Position numbers and translations under genes: made by a program
DNA from: an uncultured delta proteobacterium
Lineage (GTDB): Bacteria > Myxococcota > Myxococcia > Myxococcales > Myxococcaceae
Assembly (NCBI GenBank): GCA_963796055.1
Contig: CAWCKH010000004.1
Span: 2,400,001-2,464,000, forward strand
DNA length: 64,000 nt
Direction of reading: 5' to 3'
In this document: in pieces, positions 57,116 to 64,000 of the stretch
Layout of the letters: each line of letters begins with the position of its first letter
Position numbering within the stretch: position 1 is the first letter of the stretch
Notes under the pieces: model-generated
Databases searched by the model: none
The model's input: only the letters and a program-made list of their open reading frames with translations
What the model was told of the DNA's origin: nothing

Positions 57116-58537
57116 ATGCCCCGCGCCGGCGCCCGAGTCACTCGAGCCGCTCCCCGCGCCTCGAAGCAGGTGCGCAGCAAGACCGATCCCGTGGAATCCG
57201 CCCTCCGCTGGCTCTCGGACCACGGGGCGACCCAGGTGAAGATCGCCGGGGTCGACCTCGACGGCGTGCTCCGGGGCAAGTACGTCAGCCTGGACAAGTT
57301 CGCCTCCGCAGCCCGGGGCGGGCTCGGGTTCTGCGACGTGGTCTTCGGCTGGGACCTCGCCGACGAGCTGTACGACAATGCCCGGGTCACCGGCTGGCAC
57401 ACCGGGTACCCGGATCTCCAGGCCCGCGTGGACCTCTCCACGGCGCGGATGATCCCCTGGGAGCCAGCCACCGCCGCCTTCCTCCTCGACTTCGTGATGC
57501 CGGACGGGTCGGACTACGCCCCCAGCCCACGGGCGCTGCTCCGGCGGGTGGGCCAGAAGGCCCGGGCGATGGGCTTCCTCCCCAAGTTCGGAAGCGAGTA
57601 CGAATTCTTCATCTTCAAGGAGACCCCGAGCTCGCTCCGGGCCAAGGGGTTCCAGAACCTCGAGACGCTGGACCCGGGGATGTTCGGCTACTCGTGGCTC
57701 CGCACCTCGCAGAGCTCGGACCTGGTCCACGCGATCCTCGATGGCTGCAACGCCTTCGGGCTGGAGGTGGAGGGCTTCCACACCGAGACCGGGCCCGGGG
57801 TGTACGAGACGGCCATCCGCTACGACGTGCTCGAGCCGGCGGCGGACAAGTCGGTGCTCTTCAAGTCCGCGGTGAAGGAGATCTGCGCCCGCCACGGGCT
57901 CACCGCCTGCTTCATGTCCAAGCCGAGCGCGCGGCTGCCGGGGTGCTCGGGGCACGTCCACCAGTCGCTATGGACGCTCGATGGCGCGAGCAACGGTTTC
58001 CACGACCCGCGCGCCGCGGCCGGGATGTCGAGCACCCTGCGTCGCTACCTCGGGGGCCAGCTCAGGCTGATGCCCGAGATGACCGCGCTCTACTGGCCCA
58101 CCATCAACAGCTACAAGCGCAGTGTGGAGAACACCTGGGCCCCGACCTCGGCGACCTGGGGCCGCGAGAACCGCACCTGCGCGCTCCGGGTCATCGGCAC
58201 CGATCCGAAGAGCATGCGGGTGGAGTTCCGTCTGCTCGGCGCGGACATGAACCCCTACGTGGGGATGGCCGCCTCGCTCGCCGCCGGGCTGTGGGGCATC
58301 GAGCACGAGGTCGAGCCGGGGGATCCGGTGACGGGCAACGCCTACCGGAGCGACGCCGCGCCGCTGCCCCGCAACCTGCGCGACGCCATCGCCCTGATGG
58401 ATCGGAGCACCGTCGTCCGGGAGATCCTCGGCGAGGAGTTCGTCGACCACTATCTCCGCACCCGCACCTGGGAGGTCCGGCAGTACGAGCGGGCCGTCAC
58501 CAGCTGGGAGCTGGAGCGCTACTTCGAGCTGGCCTGA
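57116..58537 (+). CDS. Glutamine synthetase-like gamma-glutamyl-amine ligase (PuuA/GlnA4-like)
   Basis: DLDGVLRGK, GSEYEFF, HTETGPGVYE, GCSGHVHQSL, WGRENRT, RVEFR. Context is catabolic. Confidence 0.88.
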   Translation: MPRAGARVTRAAPRASKQVRSKTDPVESALRWLSDHGATQVKIAGVDLDGVLRGKYVSLDKFASAARGGLGFCDVVFGWDLADELYDNARVTGWHTGYPDLQARVDLSTARMIPWEPATAAFLLDFVMPDGSDYAPSPRALLRRVGQKARAMGFLPKFGSEYEFFIFKETPSSLRAKGFQNLETLDPGMFGYSWLRTSQSSDLVHAILDGCNAFGLEVEGFHTETGPGVYETAIRYDVLEPAADKSVLFKSAVKEICARHGLTACFMSKPSARLPGCSGHVHQSLWTLDGASNGFHDPRAAAGMSSTLRRYLGGQLRLMPEMTALYWPTINSYKRSVENTWAPTSATWGRENRTCALRVIGTDPKSMRVEFRLLGADMNPYVGMAASLAAGLWGIEHEVEPGDPVTGNAYRSDAAPLPRNLRDAIALMDRSTVVREILGEEFVDHYLRTRTWEVRQYERAVTSWELERYFELA

Positions 58538-58540
58538 CCC

Positions 58541-59732
58541 ATGGACAACCCCTTCTTCGACCTGCCCGCCACGCCTCGCATCACCGTGCTCTCCTGGCCC
58601 ACCCGGGTCCTCCTCGGGCCGGGTGCGCTGAAACGGCTGCCGGAGGAGGTGGGCCGGCTCGGGCTGCAGCGCCCGTTGCTGGTGACCGACGCCGGGGTGG
58701 TGAAGGCCGGGCTCGCCGACCGGGTGATGGCGGTGCTCGGCGAGGCAGGGATCGTCCACGTCCTCTTCGAGCGGGTGACGCCCGATCCCACGGAGCGCGA
58801 CGTGTTCGCCGGCCTCGAGGCATACCGGGCGGCCGGCTGCGACGGCATCATCGCGCTGGGCGGCGGCAGTCCCCTGGACGCGGCGAAGCTGGTGCAGCTG
58901 CTCACCAGCCACGCGCCGCCGCTGAGCCAGTACGACGACGCGACCGGCGGAGACCGGTTCGTCACCCATCCGCTTCCGCCCCTCATCGCCATTCCCACCA
59001 CCGCCGGGACCGGCAGCGAGGTGAGCCGGAGCGGCGTGGCCTTCCTCCAGGACACCGGACGGAAGACGGTCATCTTCGCCCCGGCCCTCCTTCCCCGGGC
59101 CGCAATCTGCGACCCCGAGCTGACCTACGGCCTTCCACCGCGTGCCACCGCGGCCACGGGTCTCGACGCCTTCACCCACTGCCTCGAGGCGTACCTGAGC
59201 AACGGCTTTCATCCCCTCGCCGACGCGGTCGCCATCGACGGCATCGGGCGGGTGGCGCGCTCGCTGCCCGTGGTGATGCAGGAGGCCACCCACATGCAAG
59301 GCCGTCTGGACATGATGATCGCCGCCATGGAGGGGGCGATGGCGTTCCAGAAGGGGCTGGGCAACGCCCACGCGCTGGCCCACGCGCTCACTCCGGTCGC
59401 CGGGCTCCACCACGGGCTGGCCAACGCGGTGGTGCTGCCCTCGGTGATGGCCTTCAACCGGGGCGCGGCGCGGGCCAGGCTCGCCCGGGTGGCGGTGGCG
59501 ATGGGAGAGCCCTCCGGGGCGTCGGAGGAGGTGCTCGCCGGGCTGGCCATCGAGCGCGTGCGCGCGCTGGTGGCGGAGGTGGGGTTGCCCACGACGTTGT
59601 CGGCTGCCGGGGGTGAAGGCAGCGGACCTGGAGCGCGTCGCCGCGCTCGCCTTCCGGGACGCCTCACACCAGGGAAACCCCCGGCCGACCACCGAGGTGG
59701 ACCTGCTGGAGATCGCCCGCGCGGCGCTCTGA
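58541..59732 (+). CDS. Iron-containing alcohol dehydrogenase, frameshifted at the G5 run 59609-59613
   Basis: GGGSPLD, PTTAGTGSE, DAFTHCLE, HALAH, HHGLAN. Removing one G restores GVKAADLERVAALAFRDASHQGNPRPTT...AAL, with stop at 59730-59732. Confidence 0.9.
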
Positions 59733-59765
59733 GGGCCAGCCCGTGGATGCTTGGTCGGGTTGCCC

Positions 59766-60275
59766 TCACCCCCCGGGCCGGCTGGTTGCCGCCGGTGCCG
59801 AGGGCCCCGGGACCAGCGTCCCCGGCGTGGGCTCGTTGGTCTCACTGGGGATGAAGTCGATCGTCTCCACGACCACGTTGCCCGGCAATCGGAAGTCGAT
59901 CGGACTGAAGCTCGGGTTCGCCATCTCATTGAGCTGGTTGGCCACGCTGGCCGCCTCGAGCCGCTGGTCCGAGAAGAAGATGTGAATCTTCACCGGGCCC
60001 TCCTCGGCGGGGATCCGGTACGCCTGTCCGAGCACCGGCTCGCCGGCTGGACACTTCACCGAGACGTTGTTCTTGCTCATCGTGAGCTGTCGGACGACGC
60101 CCTTCTCGGAGTGGGTGAGCGCCAGGCAGTACGGCATCTGCCCTTCGCTGGGGACGAGCTGGACGGTGTCCCCGGAGATCCGCCTGAGCTCCACACGGTG
60201 CGCGGGCGCACTGGAGCGGGTACACCCGGCGAGCAGCGCCAGCGCCACCCCGGCCAGGACCTGACGACTGTTCAC
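59766..60275 (-). CDS. Hypothetical lipoprotein
   Basis: LAGC lipobox, two further Cys, Pro-rich tail. Confidence 0.75.
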   Translation of the reverse strand: MNSRQVLAGVALALLAGCTRSSAPAHRVELRRISGDTVQLVPSEGQMPYCLALTHSEKGVVRQLTMSKNNVSVKCPAGEPVLGQAYRIPAEEGPVKIHIFFSDQRLEAASVANQLNEMANPSFSPIDFRLPGNVVVETIDFIPSETNEPTPGTLVPGPSAPAATSRPGG

Positions 60276-60292
60276 GGCTCTCCCCTTTCCCG

Positions 60293-62128
60293 TCAGGGGC
60301 CGCCCTGGCGCGTGGAGCGCCGGTAGACGACCACCTGCGGTGTCTCGTCGAGGTACAGGCCAGTGGCGGGAACCTGGGTCCCGAAGGCCTGCCAGACAAG
60401 GACCTCCTGCTCGCGGAACTCCTGGTGGTACTGGATGGCAGCGAGGTCCGCGTCCTCGGGGCCGCCCACCGGTGTGACGTCCTTTCTCAGCATGTCATTG
60501 CGCTGGTAGTCCCGGAAGGAGAGTCCGTTCACTTCGTGCAGCCACAGCCGCGTCCCCGGCTGGGCGTTGGCGTCGATCCACGGCAGCACGCCGGTGACAT
60601 TGTTGCTCCAGTACTGACGCTGGAGCCCGAGGCTGGCGGCCCCCGGGATGCCACCAGCCAGCTCCCCGTAAGCAGACGTGCCGTAAGGGTGCACATGGAC
60701 GGTGAGCGTGAGCGCAGGGAGAAGCACCACTGTACCGAGCGCCACGCTCGCGCTGATGCCGCGCCGCGGCGCGAGCGCGAGTGCCGAGCTCAGCCCGGCG
60801 GCCGCACGGTCGAACTCCCGGCCGGCGAGCAGCGCGAGGAACGGCATCGAGGGCAGCCAGTGCTTGACCCCGCCGAAGTGCGGCACGTCGGGGAGGCTGA
60901 TGAGGAGGATGGAAAAGAGCGCGTTCACTCCCAGCAGCCACTCCGTCTCGCCGCCGCGACCGAAGCGTCGGCCGAGCACGGGTATCAGATCTCCGAGCGT
61001 CCGCGCGCCGGCACGCAGCAGGCCCACGCCCATCGGAAGGAGCAGCGAGACGGGCAGGGTGAGCGCAGTGACGACGAAGACGTAGGCCAAGGGGAACGGC
61101 GGGGCACGCAGCACCTCGCCGAAGTACGTCCAGGCGTAGTGGACATGCGTCAGCTGGAATTCGAAGTACCAGGCCAGCCGGTCCACCGGGTGGTACCAGA
61201 GGTACGGCCAGTGGACGTAGAAGACGAGCGGACCGAGGAGCCCCATCGCCACCAGCGGCGCGAGTCGGACGAACGCCGCCGCATCACGCCGGCGCAGCTG
61301 CACTGCGAGCCCGGTCAGGGCGACCACCAGCGCCACCATCCCAAACGTCTGGGGTGAGAGCAGCTGCCACGAACGCACCAGGCCATCCCGGCCGTTCACC
61401 GCGAGCAGCAACCCGAGGTAGGCGACGAACGCGAGCGCCACCTGGCCCATGCGCACCAGTATCCGGCGGCCCTCCCCGGCAGCCGCGCGCCAGGAGGCGA
61501 GCACTCCGAAGGGGGTCAGCACCAGCGGGAGGAAGAAGGCGTTGTGCTTGGTGGCGAGGGCCAGACCGAAGGCCAGGCCGGTCCACGGCGCGAGCCGCAC
61601 GTCCTCCTGCGCCCGCCAGAACAGGTAGACCACCAGGACCCACATCGCGGCCACCGGCATGTCGAAGCAGCTGAGGTGGGCATGGAAGAAGTGCCGGGGG
61701 ACCACGAAGAAGCACAGCGCGGCGAACAGCCCGGCCCGGCGGCCCCAGAGCGCCGAACCCCAGGCGTGCAGCAGCGCAGGGATGAGCGCCGCCACCGCGA
61801 ACGCCGGGAGGCGGAAGCCGGCGGCGGGACGGACCCACCCCAGCGTCGAGTGGAAGAGCAGGTGCGACCACCCGAACAGCGACTTCATCAGCATCGGGTG
61901 CTCGTGGTTGAAGTCGAACGCCTGGGTGATGACCGCATCGCTCAGCGCCGTTGCCGGGCGATGGAAGAGCAGGGCCCACCAGCGCGAGAACTGCTCGGCC
62001 GCGGCGAAGTAGACGCTCTCGTCGCGAACGAAGCCCACCGGGCGCTCCGTGGCCCAGAGCACCAAGAAGGTCAGCAGCCCCAGCCCGAGCGCGATGCGCC
62101 GGTCCGTCGGGGTAGGCGCGCGGCTCAC
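60293..62128 (-). CDS. ArnT/PMT-like (GT-C fold, family 39/83) glycosyltransferase
   Basis: VRDESVY, EHPMLMK, multiple TMs, GLALATKHN. Confidence 0.85.
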   Translation of the reverse strand: MSRAPTPTDRRIALGLGLLTFLVLWATERPVGFVRDESVYFAAAEQFSRWWALLFHRPATALSDAVITQAFDFNHEHPMLMKSLFGWSHLLFHSTLGWVRPAAGFRLPAFAVAALIPALLHAWGSALWGRRAGLFAALCFFVVPRHFFHAHLSCFDMPVAAMWVLVVYLFWRAQEDVRLAPWTGLAFGLALATKHNAFFLPLVLTPFGVLASWRAAAGEGRRILVRMGQVALAFVAYLGLLLAVNGRDGLVRSWQLLSPQTFGMVALVVALTGLAVQLRRRDAAAFVRLAPLVAMGLLGPLVFYVHWPYLWYHPVDRLAWYFEFQLTHVHYAWTYFGEVLRAPPFPLAYVFVVTALTLPVSLLLPMGVGLLRAGARTLGDLIPVLGRRFGRGGETEWLLGVNALFSILLISLPDVPHFGGVKHWLPSMPFLALLAGREFDRAAAGLSSALALAPRRGISASVALGTVVLLPALTLTVHVHPYGTSAYGELAGGIPGAASLGLQRQYWSNNVTGVLPWIDANAQPGTRLWLHEVNGLSFRDYQRNDMLRKDVTPVGGPEDADLAAIQYHQEFREQEVLVWQAFGTQVPATGLYLDETPQVVVYRRSTRQGGP

Positions 62129-63033
62129 GGGGACGCCCCCAGTCCCCGCAGCCGGACGCAGATCTGGCGGTCCTGGGGATTGGAGGTCTTGACTTGAAGG
62201 CTCCAGGGTCCGGGCGCGGCAGAGGGTGACTCACCGTGGACGAACCCCTCGTGCGCCGCCGGGATGCGGAGGTGGAGCGCGCCCGCCGGACTGTCCAGCC
62301 GGAGCTGTACGTCGGAGCGATCCGCGATCCAGGCGTGCTCCCAGGTGATGCCGGCCTCGAGCAACAACGCGTCGGCGGCGGGCGCATCGGGCAGCCGGAT
62401 GGAGAGCGTGCGTCCGCCGCTCGGGGGGATGAGGAACAAGCAGCGCACCGGCTGGTACAGGACCTCGTGCCAGGCCACCTCCACCGAGGCATCGAATGGG
62501 CAGAGCACCCGCGCCCCGCTGCGCCGGCAGGGCTGCGGGGGCGTGCCCGCTCCCTCGACCGAGACCTCCAGCCGGTCGAACGCGTCCACGGCGGAGAGGA
62601 CGACGGTACGCGCCCGGCCGTTGCGGTACGGGGTGAGGGTGAGCGGCCCGAAGTCGCGCGCCTCGCCGACTGGAGTGCGGTCGGGCAGGAAGTGCTCGCG
62701 AAAGTCCCGGTCGGGCGTCCGGGGAAGCCGCTCGTTCGCCAGCACCCAGATGCGCGGGTGGGCGACCAGGTCGTCGGCGGTGTCTCCGAGGTAGCCCACC
62801 ACCGGGAGCTCGGCGGGGAGGAACAGCCGGGCGCGCTCCGTCCACCAGGGATGCAGCAGCACCACGTCCGCCGGCGCGCGTTCCTTCGCCAGGATGGCCG
62901 CCACCGCGCGGTAGTCGGCGTCGGAGGGGAAGGCAGCGGGCAGTCGGAGCTGGAACCCGAGGCCGAGCAGCGCCACGAGCACCAGGGCCAGCGCGGGCGC
63001 GGCGGTGCGCAATCTGTGGACCGTCTCGTTCAC
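62125..63033 (-). CDS. Hypothetical membrane-anchored protein
   Basis: N-terminal TM and GTGA overlap with the GT-C gene. Start GTG 63033 is uncertain. Confidence 0.65.
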   Translation of the reverse strand: MNETVHRLRTAAPALALVLVALLGLGFQLRLPAAFPSDADYRAVAAILAKERAPADVVLLHPWWTERARLFLPAELPVVGYLGDTADDLVAHPRIWVLANERLPRTPDRDFREHFLPDRTPVGEARDFGPLTLTPYRNGRARTVVLSAVDAFDRLEVSVEGAGTPPQPCRRSGARVLCPFDASVEVAWHEVLYQPVRCLFLIPPSGGRTLSIRLPDAPAADALLLEAGITWEHAWIADRSDVQLRLDSPAGALHLRIPAAHEGFVHGESPSAAPGPWSLQVKTSNPQDRQICVRLRGLGASP

Positions 63034-63079
63034 TCCGGCGGCAGACGCTTTAGCATCCCGGGCCTGGGAGGTCTGTTCC

Positions 63080-64000
63080 GTGCTCGCTCTGATCATCGCT
63101 GGAGTGCTGATCGCCGAGCCGGTGACCGTTCCCCTCCCGGGCGGGGAAGGGGGAATCGGGTTCGACGACCTGCTTTACTCAACGCCGCTGCGACGGTTCA
63201 TCGTCCCGGGTGGCCGCACCGGACGCGTCTTTCTCCTCGATCCGGCCACACGACGGCTGGAAGCGGTGGGCACGCTGAGCAAGCTCCCCTCGTGGAGCGG
63301 CGGGCACGGGCAGAGTGCGACTTCGGCCGATGCCCGAGCGGACACGGTCTTCGCCGGTGACCGGACCGCGAGACGCCTGGTGGCCGTCGCACTCGGCGGG
63401 AAGGGAACGGCCGCGGAAGCGGTGCTCGAATCGGGTCCTGACTACGTGCGCTGGGTGGAGACCACCAGCGAGGTGTGGGTCACCGAGCCGGACGCCGCGG
63501 CGATCAAGATCTTCAAGTTTGACCCGCGGGGGAATCCAGCCCTGGTCCGCGCCGGACGAATCGCCGTGCCCGACGGCCCCGAATCGCTGGTGATCGACGC
63601 GGCGCACGGCCGTGCCTTCACCAGCACCTGGCACGACCGGACACTGGCGATCGGCCTCCGGGAGCGTGCCGTCCTCGGGCAGTGGAGCAACGGCTGCACG
63701 GATGCCCGGGGTCTCGACGCCGACCCCGCCCGCGGCCTCCTCTTCGTCGGCTGCGCGGAGGGGCGGGTGACGGTGATCGACACCTCCGGGAAGGGGCGGC
63801 TCGCCGGCCAGGCGACCACCGGGGCGGGTGTGGACATCATCGCCTACCAGAGGGCGACGCGACGGCTCTACGTCCCGGCGGGCAAGGCTGCGACACTCGA
63901 GGCATATGAGGTCACGGCAGACGGCTCGCTCCGGCGTCTCTGGCGCGCTGCTGCGCCCAAGGAGGCGCACTGCGTGGCGGCTGACGATGCTGGCCACATG
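63080..64000 (+). CDS. YncE/YVTN-type beta-propeller protein (3' end runs off the window)
   Basis: Not in the ORF track. GGAGG RBS, then MLALIIAG...PLPGGEGGIGFDDL...GPDYVRW...EVWVTEP...GPESLVID...; open to the window end. Confidence 0.75.
   Translation, partial: MLALIIAGVLIAEPVTVPLPGGEGGIGFDDLLYSTPLRRFIVPGGRTGRVFLLDPATRRLEAVGTLSKLPSWSGGHGQSATSADARADTVFAGDRTARRLVAVALGGKGTAAEAVLESGPDYVRWVETTSEVWVTEPDAAAIKIFKFDPRGNPALVRAGRIAVPDGPESLVIDAAHGRAFTSTWHDRTLAIGLRERAVLGQWSNGCTDARGLDADPARGLLFVGCAEGRVTVIDTSGKGRLAGQATTGAGVDIIAYQRATRRLYVPAGKAATLEAYEVTADGSLRRLWRAAAPKEAHCVAADDAGHM

Overview
Very GC-rich bacterial chromosomal segment. The gene content (secretin-less T3SS export cluster, DGG-repeat linkers, Cys-rich lipoprotein, extended Rho and RNase E/G) points to a myxobacterium (Myxococcota); this is inference. 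From left to right: (1) a chaB-cdsA-archease-rtcB RNA-repair operon and a divergent acetoacetate-decarboxylase-family gene, each preceded by a sigma54-type -24/-12 element; (2) a degenerate GAF-AAA+ Fis-family regulator divergent from ahpC-ahpD, with two palindromic operators between them; (3) assorted envelope and signalling genes; (4) a MoxR/DUF58/Bat (vWA-TPR) operon interrupted by a ~245-bp MITE-like inverted-repeat element; (5) a response regulator, a PilZ gene and an 11-gene minimal type III secretion cluster with no secretin or ATPase but with a needle-like subunit and a FliO-like gene; (6) housekeeping genes (IHF/HU, YihY, RNase E/G, acylphosphatase, ligA, rho); (7) a putative redox-response island centred on an ECF sigma factor fused to a zinc-binding anti-sigma domain, where the same promoter-like motif GAA(C/T)-N17-GGCTCTCA precedes three transcription units (DUF2892 protein, Zn-finger thioredoxin, TolC-MFP-RND pump); (8) a gamma-glutamylation-type catabolic trio (ALDH, GS-like ligase, Fe-ADH) and GT-C glycosyltransferase and beta-propeller genes. 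No rRNA, tRNA or CRISPR array was seen. Several single-base frameshifts may be assembly errors. All calls come from reading motifs by eye; no database search was run.
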